A stretch of 64,000 nt of DNA from Yuukianura sp. NJ FZ-2021. Taxonomy: Eukaryota. This document shows, piece after piece, positions 51,502 through 64,000 of the stretch. The position numbers and the translations under genes were made by a program. The DNA lies in the NCBI GenBank assembly GCA_046563655.1, contig CM102287.1:7192001-7256000 (forward strand), written 5' to 3'. Under the pieces are notes generated by a model. The model was not told the origin of the DNA. It saw only the letters and a list, made by a program, of their open reading frames with translations, and ran no database searches. Numbering within the stretch: position 1 is the first letter of the stretch; every line of letters begins with the position of its first letter.

Positions 51502-54500
51502 TTGCAACTACTGAGGATCAGTGTCACTCTGGAAATATTTTCTTTGGCCTGGCTTGTCAAACTTTTCGGTTCAAAATTTTGAGTGGTTTGAATTATTTTG
51601 AAACTTGAAAGTAATTGTTTTGGACGAGCAAGCAATTTCGGCTGGTCGGATTTGGAACTTGAAATGAAGGTCGGATTTTCGGTATGGATTGCTGGAGTCT
51701 TTTGTTGTCAAAGTTTGATGAAAGAATGGTTGTAAAAACTTTTGTGCCAAATGCTGACTAATGCAAGTTCTTCAGCCAAGTAATTTGGACGAGTGGTGAA
51801 GTAGAGATTTCCATTTCTTCATTCTAACTAGACGCTGAGGCTTGAATGTTTTTTGCAAAAAATGAGGAGACGACGACGCTTTTCTGAAATTCAAAAGAGA
51901 CAATGAGGGTGAAGCTTAGTGTAGAAATTAAATTAAAATCTTTGGTTTCACGATCTTGGTTCACAAATTAATCTGACTCGTGTCTTGTTCAAATAAAGAA
52001 CAAAGGAAAAGTTTTAAATTTTTTAAACACAATTTAATTGCTTGTCTCAGCGCATCACTTTTCAAAAATGTCAACACAACTTTCAATTCCCGAATGTCCT
52101 ACAGATGAAAACTTTTTAAGAAAAATGCATCACATACATTATCTTTTGTTCTTGTCAATTTTGTAACTTTTGGAAAACTGAAAACTTAGATTCTTCAAAA
52201 GTAATTCACAATCATGTCATTTGCTTTTTACAAAATAGAAACTTGATTAACTAGTCTGGAATTTCAGCATTTAATCAAACGTGGATTTTTTTTTGGACCT
52301 TTTGGTCATGACAATTTTTGAAATTTTACAGTTGAAAGAAGCACGAGTATCCAAAAAAAGTTGGACATTGTTTTGGAAAGTGCTGTTACATGGTCTACAT
52401 ACGCTCGATTAACTTTTGAATTCTCTGAACTTTTTTGATTAAAATGAGTTTGAAAAGTAACACAAGAACGGAAAAGTTTGGAGGTAAAGTGATATAAAGT
52501 AAGTTAAAGTAAAAAGTATAAAAGCTTCTTTTTAAAATAAAATTACAAAACACTTGTTGTTCAAGTAAGCTTGCAATTGTGTGGGTGGTGGAATGTATTG
52601 TAGTGTAAACTAGGTTGCGCTAGGCTAAGCCTTGGCTAACCTAACTTTAAATTAGACCATTCGAACATGTCTTTTTCGTATCTTTTCAGAGTTGTTGAAG
52701 TCAAAGGGACCGGAAGTTCTGTCAATGACTTCCGTTTTCCAACTGGTTTAGTTCACCGCAAAAGTCGGAAAAACGGAAAAGACTAAAATTAAATCGGAAT
52801 CCAATTTGGCAGCGATTTCAAGGTTCGTTTCCGGAAATTTTTCGGTTCCGTATCACGATCCTGGATCAGTATAAACAAACAAATATATAGCAATTTAGCT
52901 TTTAAAAAAACATAATCAAAAACCAAAATTTTGAAAATTTATCGCTGACAAGTTACCGAAACCAAGTCCTAATTACCACTTTGCTATGCATTACAAAAGC
53001 AATTTTTGGTTGTTTTCTTCCTAGAATTCCAAGTATGATCGAAAAATGCATAATTCAACAATCACTTTTCTTTAATGACATTTAAATATTGAACTAAACG
53101 TATCCTGACAACACATGAATGCCAAAAACATAAATCTTTTGTTCTTGTAAACCGTTTGACTTGACCATAGTCTTTTGACCTCGGGTTTGAGTTTGACTTT
53201 GTATGGTTTCACTTTGTCGCTTCTATTTCTGTCGCTGATTTTGACGTTTCCTTTGAAGTTACACTTTATCTTGAATCGACAGCATGTCAGACCATGTGTA
53301 TACTGCCAGTACGGAGGTTAAGGAGGTTGGAAAGAGGAAATGGACTCCGGTCGAGACTTCCGATGGAGAAATGCCGATATTCGCGTCTAGTCAACCAAAT
53401 CATGTTAGTCCAGTGCCCTGGAAGGTTATTTCAATTTAACTTAGGTTTCCTGTAACTTTGGACGCTTATCAAGGCCGAGATCTTGTTCGAATGAGGAATG
53501 CGGAAGCTAGTGGGAGCAACTTTTTGAACAGTTTGGATCGCTGTACCTAGTTTGAATTTGACAAAAAGTTTAAATAAGAATTCCAATTTTGTATCTCACC
53601 ATGCTATGCGGGAACTATGAAACCTGCACTTTTCATAGTCTGCTACACAATCCTGATTATTGGAAAAGTGAACTTTTTCAAGCAAGGTGAGAAATTTTTT
53701 ACTCAAAATGCTGACTTTCCCAAATAAGAATTTGGTTCCAGAAGTTGTCTCTTCAGCACCTAAAATTCACCCGAGATTTTCTCACCCTAATGGAAAACTT
53801 TCACCCCAAAAAGTAAAAAAATGGAAGAATGAGATTCAAGATGAGCTACCCAGAATATTCTAGAAGATGAACTCTGAAAGTAATAAGTTTTGTGTTAATG
53901 GTTTTTCTGCACAGGGGGTCACGTGGCTAAGATTAATCGCTTTTCAGCGTCATCCTTTCTAATCCACTGTTTTTAAATTATAGTGTAAACGGAACTGAAA
54001 CCGCGACTGCCTCACCGTTAACGGTTTGTGGTTCGATCCAGGAGAAAGTTACTTTCACGAGCATCATCATGTCCCAAAATATACTTTTCCCTTGTCACTT
54101 TCTCCGTTGTCAACTTCAATCTTTACTAAAAGAATCGTTAACCCAAGTTTTTTTTTGATAAATTGAGCACAAAGACATGCTATAAGCTTCAGCTCCAAAA
54201 TCCAAAATTTGAACACCGGTTTAAATCCAATCTTGAGGCAATTTGAAATTTAAATTTTCAAAATCTAATCTCCGAAGTAAAAGGACAAGATCCCACCAGT
54301 TTTCAAATTGTTTGACACAACTTTCTCCTTTCACTTTTCAACTTCCCTTAAGGTGGAGACCTGCGTTATGGAGCTGCTCAATCAGAACTAATCGGGTTAA
54401 TAAGCAATTCCATCAGTTCTTAATCAACGTAAATTAACATTTCCTACAACGGAGGGAGCAGCTAAGTTCTCGAAGGACTTTTTAGGCTCCAACCTAAAGT

Positions 54501-57379
54501 AAAGCCCTGCCCTTAGTAAAATATTAGGTTATTCTCCAAGTAATAACTGAACAAATTATGTTCTAGTGAATTGAAAATGTTTTTGGAGGGAACCCTGTCG
54601 TTCCAAAGTAGATTTTAACTAATTTCCGTTTCCAATTAACACCCTATGTTACTAGGTTAGGCAAAGCCTATATTTCGTTTCCAAAAACAGAATAAAGTGA
54701 ACACGAGGCCAAAATTTAGTTACGATTCCACATCACAAGAATTTGGAACTTCGGAGAACATCACGCAACGTACAGTGTTAGATTTCTAGACTAATTACGG
54801 TAATTTGCAGAAGTTCTTTGTAGTTACGCTGGACAGAGCGAGTGATCACACATCGACCGAATCAAATTAGGCATTCAAAGGTGTGAAAATAGCAGAGGTG
54901 TGAAACTACTTACTTTGAAATACACTTTAAACTGGCACGTACATTAGTTTATTAGTTTAGGCGGGTATGTTAAATTTTGTGATTCAATTTGGGAAAGCAA
55001 CGGACAGTAAAATTAGAGCAGAGCAAAGGAACTAATTGACATGAACCAACAAAGGCTTTCTATTCGTTCTGCTTCTGGGAAACATAAATGACCGTACAGA
55101 GTGGAAAACGGCTATTTTAGAACTAAAACTTTGTAAATTGAAAATGGAGCTGTCTGTTACATTAGCTTTGAACTGTGGACTGCTAACATTTCTGCTCTGT
55201 TCAGTCGTTCACTGGACCAGAAGTTGAAACAAAGTTTTGAACTGCTAAAATTGTTCTAAAAATAATCATATCCTTGCCATCATCATCATAGACGGAAAAG
55301 TTTAGCAAAATAAAGTAATTTTGGAAAACGGATTTTGGGAATTTTAAAGAGGAAATTGTGGAACTTCGGAAATAAAACTTAATTTGTTTATTATTGTAGC
55401 AATTGGAGTAATTGGGAATCATAACTTTCTCTCAATATTGTAAAAGCATTGTAAAAGTTTCATTAGCTCCATGATTTTGATATAGAAGTTGTGTTGAGTC
55501 AACCTTTTTGCATAAAAAAATAGAGTGCACATACTATTTTTGTTGTAAAGCTTCAGACGTTGAAGAGAGAGATAAAATGTTCTACGGAAGAGTGGTAGTT
55601 GTAGATTTCGCAACAAATTATTGTTGCGAAATCAATATGAAATCAATATTATTGAAGCGGGTACCCAATTTTTGCACATTTTTGCACTTTTCGAAGCGAT
55701 ATTTTTAGTTAGAATGTAGAAGTATGTTTTAAATTTAGAAAATGAAAGTTATTTATGACTTGTCATTTGGATGTTGTGTGTGCCATAAATCTTCTCGTCG
55801 TAACTTATACTTATTGATAAAAATGATGATTGAAAAGAAGTAAAAGCAACAAAAGGGGGTCTCCTCGTTTGTGCCTCTTTACGATGATGAAAAAGTTTGT
55901 GAAAGGAGATCAAAGTAAGACTGGGAATAGACAAACTTCGTCCAGAAATCTGTTCTCTTAACGCTTCGAAAAACACAACGAATTTATATTTTTGTTGAGC
56001 CAACTAGAAGTTCAATTAATTGAATCGACTTTTCTGCTTTTCAATTTGGGAAAGCCTGGAATATCTACCTGGAACCAGTGCCAATGCTGTAGCTTGTGAT
56101 TCGTGTCCGGTAAGCTTAATGTAATTAAAATCAGACAATGTTCAAACACTTTTCGAAACATGCAACAAAAACTTTTAAACTTTTAGAACATGGAACGGAG
56201 AATTGTAATTTGTGCCAGAGGAGCAATGCTAAGATCAGGAATTTGGATGTTGAGGTTGAAAAACTAGCTCAGTGAGAAGCCGAAGCCACAAATTGTCAAA
56301 AATTTCGAAATTTGAATTTGCGGGCGAAAGTTCTTACTTCTTAAAGAATTAGTAGCTTTTCAAAATTTCAGTGTAAACGTTATTATTTGTTTCGGGTCGT
56401 ACCGTTATCTCTTTTGAATTGACTTCCGTAAATTGTCATATTAACCGGCCTTTTACAGATTTGTTCTGTGATTAGTTAAATATTTTCATAACTTTTAATT
56501 TATTATGTAAAAAAATTTGCTTTTACCTGAACGTGTATGGAGATTGAACTAAAGTGAAAGTGGACAGTAGCAAAACTTAGCATGGAGTGGTCAAATCGGT
56601 TGCATTTTTTACAAAAATGGACAATAGATTGTTACTTAAGATCAACTGGCACTGATGTGTCAACATATTGTCAAGTTATTACTTCCTAATGGTCACAATC
56701 CACTTTGGTCCTAGTTCCACCCCTTCCATTCACTGAATGAAAGAAGACGCTTCTAATACACAAGGTTTTGAAGAGAAAGCAGAGTATATGCAAGACATAA
56801 AGTAAAGCACAGCTCTCCAAAAGTGGAAAGCATAAAAACGGATAGAGTGAAAGTGGGGAAAGCAGAAACATGAGAATTAACTGAGCGTGTCGATGATCAT
56901 ACTGACAAGATAAAGAAAATTCTGGGAAATTGTGTTTTACTTTAACACAATTGCTTCTTGATTTTTCTTATTCAGAAACTTTGTTAGGCGGTTTTTAAAA
57001 CTCTCTTTTCAGCAAATCGTGTGCTTTGGGGCGTTATAATCAAGTGGAACTATAAACTGGATGTTCCGCAGAGAAAGGCATTACATGAGAAATTTGAATG
57101 TAGTGAATTTCACTTCGACTGCAATGTAATCTTCCATTAAAATGGTTAAAATTACTCATGATAACATTTCTTCTCTTGTATTCGAATTAATCCCTTGAGG
57201 TTCAGCTTTGCAAGAACTTTGAACAACATGAGCTTTGAAGTCAAGGCCAGAAAAAAACCATTTCATTAGCTCTCTTTTTAATTTCAAAGCACTTGAAGCG
57301 CCCGAGGCGTATCATTTTATTCTACTTAGAGAAACCTTTGATCACTTTTAAAGCTTTTTTTTTTTTCAAAAGTTGAAAA

Positions 57380-58026
57380 TCACTGAAACTGTAAAAAGGA
57401 CATGACAAACAGAGACAGAAAGGCGAACAAGAATTCGATACCGGCGAAACCAGAGAGGATCAAGATCTTGATGTCTTCTGGCCCACCGAAACCTTCGAGT
57501 CCTTCTAAAGTAAATGGCAGAACAAACGCTTCGAGCGAGCCAAGTAGTAGCAGAACCTGGAAAACACTCCACGCTTTCCAGTAGTTGTACCACGCCTGGA
57601 ATCAGAAAAAAACGACTGGAATAGTTTCTAAATAGTTTAGATAAGTTCTGAAGTTTTGAATTCACGCTATGTATTGAATTTTTGAATTGTTTACGGGAAT
57701 TGCACCGAGGCACTGAATTGCTGCGAGTATCATAAGCATTGCACCGCTTCCAAACACAACATCATCGCCCCAGCACACAGAAGATTCGTCAAACTTTCCG
57801 CGTTTAGAGTAGACTTCATCGTAGTAGCCGTGACATTTCTTGTGTTTATCCTTGTAATCCAAGATCACAATCACGGACAACAGGAACAACGTCACACCGA
57901 ACACCTTAACGAGACTTGAGTACAATTTGGATGTTATTGTGATTGGGTAAAAGTTAATATGTTCAAGTACAATGAAGTTTCTGGTCTTACGATTGTAATG
58001 ATAGATAGGCTTTGCGTGGATGCCAT
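57380..58026 (-). CDS. Small four-TM membrane protein (~160 aa, 3 exons), family unrecognised
   Basis: MASTQSLSIITI|VFGVTLFLLSVIVILDY..C..CWGDDVVFGSGAMLMILAAIQCLGAIP|AWYNYWKAWSVFQVLLLLGSLEAFVLPF..KILILSGFAGIEFLFAFLSLFVMSFLQFQ*. Phase-0 GT-AG introns. The last exon uses a frame not listed in the ORF track. Confidence 0.55.
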
Positions 58027-58798
58027 TACTGCGGTTTTCTCCAGGTTTTGAACACGATTTTACATCGGATTAAAAATTCCGTGTACAAAATCATGTGAAA
58101 AGGTTACTTGAGAAAACGTAAATGCCAGAGTGCAAAAGTTTGCGGCAACAACTTTAATGAAATCTTTCGTCGGTGGGGTTACGACGCTGCCCAATATGCA
58201 ATGGAATTATTTCAGTAAAACCATATAGAAATGCGTATTTACAGTAGCTTATTGCACAGCCTTTGTCAATTTTTGTTCAGTAGTGGGTTTGAAAATGAAT
58301 TTTAGAAATTTTTTCAATATTTAGCTTGGTGAACTTTCTTGACATGAAGGAATTCATATACATTAACTTATTTTCTAAATAAATAATCTTTTTCCCACAA
58401 AACTGTATAGGACAGCCAGAATTTTTTTTTACATGGTGTCCAACTGGACCAAAAATTTTGCAACTTCTTCGAAATTTTTTTTAGGCTTATGCCATCGAAA
58501 ATATGACGGAAGCCCTTTGTGTGATTTCCTTTTATTAGTATGGGATAACTATTGAAAATAGTGCTTTTTTTTAATTAAATTGTGACTTAAGAAATCCCTG
58601 AACTTAACCTTGGATTGAATTATGTTTGAATAGGTCGTCAAATTGCGTCTTTCCAAATGCGTCTTTCGAAATTAAACAACGTCAAACTTTTGCTATTGTC
58701 TCCAGCTCACTCCACCAGAGCATTAATCAGTTCCGTTTTGAATTTTGTTGTGCAAAACTGAAAATTAAAAACAAAAATCTTTTTTTAAGATTCTCAAA

Positions 58799-61700
58799 AT
58801 GGCTACATTTTTTGTAGTCTGGCTTTTTATACTTTGGTTGAAAATTGTGACGACGGGTGGAATAGAAATGTCGCGTGATATTTTCAGTGCCATTGGAGCC
58901 AAACGTATTTGCTCAAATTCCGTCTACAATGTAACCATTTTCGTTGAACCTTCTGCGCAATCTCAACTAACTTTTAAGTTTAACTTGAAAAGTTACGAAG
59001 AGTACATTATGGTTCCAGATCATGGTAACTTTTATGTCTTTTCTGAACATGATATGGTACCAGTCATTCCGAAGCTCATCACTTCATCCGAGTCTGTATC
59101 GGTTCGACCCGGAGAATCCCGTAGTGTCGGGATTCAAATTCCGAACCTTACCGAAATTCGGTATAACCTTACCATGTCGGCTACTGATGAATACGGAATG
59201 GTTTTTGAAGACTTCAACGTAGTCATCGTTAGTAAAACTACAAAAAAGCAGTCGCTACTCATTCAGTCGGACAAAGTCGTCTACAAACCAAGTGAAACGG
59301 TAAAATACCGTATTTTGCTTCTCGATCCGAAACTGCGCCCTCTATCCAACCAAACCGTCACCGTCACTATAACCGACGCTCAACAAAATGTTATCAAAAT
59401 TTTGAACGACCAGGAAATTCTTGGCGGGATTTTCAGTTCTGATTTGAAATTGTCTCAAGAACCGGTTCAAGGCGACTGGAAGTTGGAGGCCAAGGTCAAT
59501 CACGAGGTCGCCACTCACGTGTTTACCGTTGAAGAGTACGTTTTGCCAAAATTCAAAGTTGACATTATTCCACCTCCATACTTGACCTTTGAGAAGTTGA
59601 ACTTTGTCGTTGAAGTCCAAGCGGCATATACTTTTGGAAAGAAAATGGCGGGAGAATGTCAAATTGAAATCGCTGAGGTAATCACTGAGGTGATTAACCC
59701 ATGGGAGGCCCGAACGCCAAAACGCATTAGAAAAACATCGGCGCTAGATGGCTCTGCTTTTTTTGAAATCAACGTAGAAAAGGAATTTGAGGGCGGGAAG
59801 AAACTGCAAAGTGAAAAGTCTTATGAAATGCATGCAACTGTAACGGAAAGTCTAACTGGTAGGAATGTCAGTGCAAGCGGAGCCACTGTAAAAGTGTACC
59901 GATGGCCTCACAAAATTGAACAGTTTCAAACTAGCGGAAAATTCAAACCAGGGTTGCCATTTACATTCAAATTCAAAATTACAACACCTAATGGTGTTCC
60001 CGTGGAAGACTCCAATTCGGAAGCGGTTGAGTTTCGGCATGGCTATTCTGTTTCAGCTGAAGATGGAGTTATGTTTTCGTCTCTATCGGCCAATGGAATT
60101 GCTTCGTTTACATTTCCGAAAATGCCGACCAATGAACGACTGGCTTTGGCCGCAGTTCAGGTCACTTACAAAGGCCAAACTATCCAATTCGACTCCCCGA
60201 GTCGTCCTCATTTGTCACCATTTTACATGGACCTCGTTTTGCGTTCGACAACTGTCGCAGCTAACTCACAACTACCCGCAGAAGTACGATGTACCAAGCT
60301 CATCTCTTCGCTTACAGTGGTTTTATACGGCAGAGGTCAAATTTTGAATGTAAAACGTTTGACCTTTACTCCCACCAAGGTTTACAACTTTTCCACTACG
60401 GTGCCTAGTTCAGCTGGACCAACAGGCCATATCTTGGTTTACACAATTATGGATCAGAGTCAAGAAGTTGTGGCGGAATCACGTGAGATCAATGTAACCA
60501 ATTACTTTGGAAACTACCTCACAATGAATTTGTCAAAAAGTCAAGCTGGTCCGGGTGAAAAAGTTTCACTTTCCCTTGCAACGACGGCTGGATCGCTTGT
60601 GTTCTTGCGTGGAGTGGACCAATCCGTGCTGGTTATGAAACAAGACAAAGACATAACAACTTCAGTTATCGACTCGGAACTTAGAGGATTTCTGCCGGGA
60701 GATGACACAAATAGACTGAAAGGTGGTTCCAGTACTTTCCAAGTTTTTGATGAAACTGGAATTGTCATTTTTACAAATTCAAAATTGGACTGTGAAAAAC
60801 CGCGCCAACGACCGTTTGAGGGGTCGGTAATAATATCACCGTCCAGGCGATTCGGAATTCAAAGATTTGGCTCACAATCAGTTGAATATGTCAGACGAGG
60901 CGGAAGAAAGAGGTGGAAAGCGCATGTGATGGAAACCAAAGGTGATGATGATATGGTGGAAGAGGAAGAAGTGACTTTGACAAAAGTTTCAAGAAAAAAA
61001 AGTAAAAACCAAAACAAATTTGAACCCGTGAATCGGTCGCCACAGCCTATCAAAGTGCGTAAAGACTTTCCTGAGACTTGGATTTGGCAAGAAATTCAAA
61101 TGAACTACTCGGAAACAGTGCTGGAACAAGATGTACCGGATACCCTAACATCTTGGATTATCAGCGGATACGCATTGAGTCCAGAAGCTGGAATCGGAGT
61201 GCTCCCAAGGTCACTGAGCCTGAAAACTTTTCGGCCTTTTTTCCTTAGCTTAAACAAACCATATTCCATAGTTAAGGGAGAAATCTTTGGACTTCAGATT
61301 CTAGTTCACAACTATTTGGAAGTCAAGGTGACAGCAGCCGTCACACTCAGGAATCCAGAAGCAGCTTTTAAATTTTACAACGAAGAGAAGAAAACTGCAA
61401 AATCCTTAACGCAGAATATTGACCTTCAACCAGGCGAGGTCAAGTCGATGACTATTGTCATCCAACCGAAGAAATTCGGAGTTATGAAATTAGAGGCAAC
61501 AGTGACGTGCGATGTTGCTGGTGATACCATTAGTGAAACTTTGATTGTCAAACCACCAGGTCAAAAGCAAGAACGGAACAAGGCCGTTTTGCTTGACCTG
61601 CGGAAACAAACTAAAGTGACGGAAACATTAAATGTTGAGTACCCACCAAAGCGAGTGAAAGGCGCCGGTAGCGTCAAGATTTCCGTGATTGCCGACCTGC

Positions 61701-63410
61701 TCGGCTCAAGCATCAAGAATTTGGACAAATTATTGAAAATGCCTTATGGATGTAAGAAAACTGAAAACTTTAGCTATATACATATGTTGATTTATTTTCA
61801 AAATTTTGAAAAATGTAGGTGGGGAGCAAAACATGCTGACCTTTGTACCTGACATTGTCATTCTGGAGTACTTGAAAGCAGTTGGAGAGTTAACTGACGA
61901 AATCAAGACCAAAGCTACGCAGTTTCTAGAAAGTGGCTACCAGAGGGAGTTGACATACCGACATGACGACGGATCGTTTTCAGCGTTCGGGAAAAGCGAC
62001 GGGACTGGTTCGACATGGCTAACGGCATTTGTCGTTCGATCGTTTGTAGCTGCACAACCGCATATCACCGTTGGCCATACCGTTATTGGAACGGCGCTAC
62101 GATTTTTGGCTTCTAAGCAACACGAAAACGGAAAATTTGTAGAAGCTGGTCGTCTTTTAAATTCTGGCATGAAAGGGGGCGCCAATGATGACTTCTCCTT
62201 GACAGCCTATGTTCTGCTGGCCTTCTTGGAAGCTACCAAATCAAAGTTGGACTATCCAATGGTCAACTTTACTTCTGTTATTGACAGGGGGCTAAAGTAT
62301 GTCTCAACGGCTTCACCAAAGTCCCTTGGAACCTACTCGCTGGCCCTTGTGACCTATGTCCTTCAAGCTGCCAACAGCAACCTAAAACCAATGTTCCAAA
62401 ATCAGTTGGAGAAGTTGGCAACGCAGGAGGGCAGTTTGACCTATTGGGAACCTCCAAAGCACAACAGCGCATCTCAGCAGCCTGCTTGGGAACCATCGAC
62501 CAAGCCACTCGCAGTGGAAATGACAGCTTATGCCCTTTTGACCTACTTAAAAGATGGCGCTCTAGACAAAGCCATGAAGATTGGCAAGTGGCTTCTGGGT
62601 CAACGAAATGCTGAAGGTGGATTTATATCTACGCAAGACACGGTAGTTGGACTCGATGCTCTAGGAAAGTTTGCATTAGCGACGTTTTCTAGCGATGTTG
62701 ACATGGAAATTTCAGCAGGTCAAACCAGCTTTAAGGTCAAGAATGACAATGTTATGGTGCTTCAGGAAGCAATTCTACCGAATTCGACGACAAGTGTGAC
62801 ATTTGAAGCGACGGGAAAGGGGACAGCTCTCGTCCAGCTGAGCTGGTCATACTATGTCGAAACCGCGTCTGCCAAGCCAGCGTTTGCTATCGAGGTCAAG
62901 GTCAGCCAAGTCAACTTTTAACTATAGTCTGCTATTATTAGTTAGTGTAACAATTGACCACGAGATATTTTGTTTCAGGTTGCGGAAGGCCATGGCAAGG
63001 GCAACTTGAACTTGAATCTTTGCGCCAGGTATGCTCCAGCTGACGACAACAGTGGTGAGTCTAACATGGCTGTCATGGAAGTGAACCTACCGTCAGGTTA
63101 TGCGTTTGAGAGGGAGGAGCTATCGGAGGTAGAAGTTTCCCCAGGGGTCAAACGAATTGACCTTGAAGAGGGCGCCACCAGGCTCAACATATACTTTGAC
63201 TATCTGGATTCCAACAAACGTTGCGTTGAAGTTCCAGCTGACAGAGTTTTCAAAGTGGCTGATCCTGCACCATCATACGTTTCCGTGTACGACTACTACG
63301 ATCCAACGAGGCATGCGCGGGCGTTTTACACTCCACCGGGACTGTCTGCTAGCCAAATCACGTGCAGCTCAAAAGATGGCGCTTCTACAGACAACTGTGA
63401 CAACGAATAA
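58799..63410 (+). CDS. Tep: Thioester-containing protein (TEP / CD109 / alpha-2-macroglobulin family), 3 exons (58799-61751, 61819-62900, 62979-63410)
   Basis: Signal peptide; IQSDKVVYKP, FTVEEYVLPKF, GVDQSVL, VRKDFPETWIW, VPDTLTSW, MPYGCGEQNM (after splicing), GYQRELTY..DGSFSAFG, STWLTAFV, GGFISTQDTVVGL, SNMAVMEVNLPSGY, VYDYY. Confidence 0.95.
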
Positions 63411-64000
63411 TTAAAAAAATACCTACTATGTCAAATTGTAGCGAAGAGTTAGCTTAGCTCAAGACTTATTCTGATTTCACTTTTATTCAATTACATTGTA
63501 CAATTATAACAATTTATGTAAATTTATTACATTTGTACATAAATCCCTTGTATCTGTACAATAAAATTATTGTCAGATGAAAAAGAGGTCACAGGTTAAC
63601 ACTCACAAATAATTGTCAAAACGGAAGCTTTTTGTGGTGTTTGAAAAATACTTTTTCGCTTGTTACAGATCAGCTCCAACGGCCAAGGTCACAAAGTAAT
63701 CATGACTCAAAGATAACTCTGTAGCAGAATACAAAACAGATACGAAGCTAAAATTAGAGAGAGAAAGCGAATGAAAACCGAACAAGGCAACGGTCACTCA
63801 CAACGCAGAGTGAATTTTTCCAGCAAAGGAAAACTTTTCGTTGTCTTTCTCCTCATCGCATCAGATGTGAAAGTTGCCTTATTCCTGTCCAGCATCAAGA
63901 AGAGAAAGTAAAAACAGAAATTGGATTTTAGAAATAGTACGTAGTATTTTAAATTCGTTTCGTCGTCTGTCATTGAGTGAAGAAAATCAATGGGAAACTG

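Noticed and set aside
57366..57713. 115-aa ORF as the last exon frame of the small membrane gene
   Set aside because: The alternative phase-0 frame gives two clean TM helices with a good GTAAAC donor.
61752..61852. Apparent frameshift or pseudogenisation of TEP between the 1017-aa and 371-aa ORFs
   Set aside because: Explained by a 67-nt GT-AG intron that restores GCGEQ.

Overview
AT-rich, intron-rich eukaryotic DNA, most likely from an arthropod. A non-insect hexapod such as a springtail is my inference from the chemoreceptor-like family and is not verified. By joining exons by hand across splice sites I can build 12 protein-coding genes. These are: two ~400-aa 7TM chemoreceptor-like genes (one cut by the window edge), apparently nested in an intron of a DH44/CRF-type class B GPCR; two convergent DH44-receptor paralogs; an atypical calpain with a Pro/Tyr-rich tail in place of the penta-EF-hand; two tandem secreted laccases that look fungal rather than insect-like; an uncharacterised Cys-rich/EGF single-pass membrane protein; two tandem SLC4 anion-exchanger paralogs; a small 4-TM protein; and a thioester protein (TEP/CD109-like). 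The most notable points are the candidate fungus-to-animal laccase transfer, a GA 5' splice donor in laccase 1, and loss of the AE1 E681-equivalent acid in both SLC4s. Also notable are ESCRT/WW-type motifs on the calpain tail, a recurrent perfect DR1 nuclear-receptor element in DH44R/SLC4 introns, and a 113-bp-arm intronic palindrome. No RNA genes, CRISPR arrays or autonomous transposons were recognised. All family calls come from motif recognition, not database searches.
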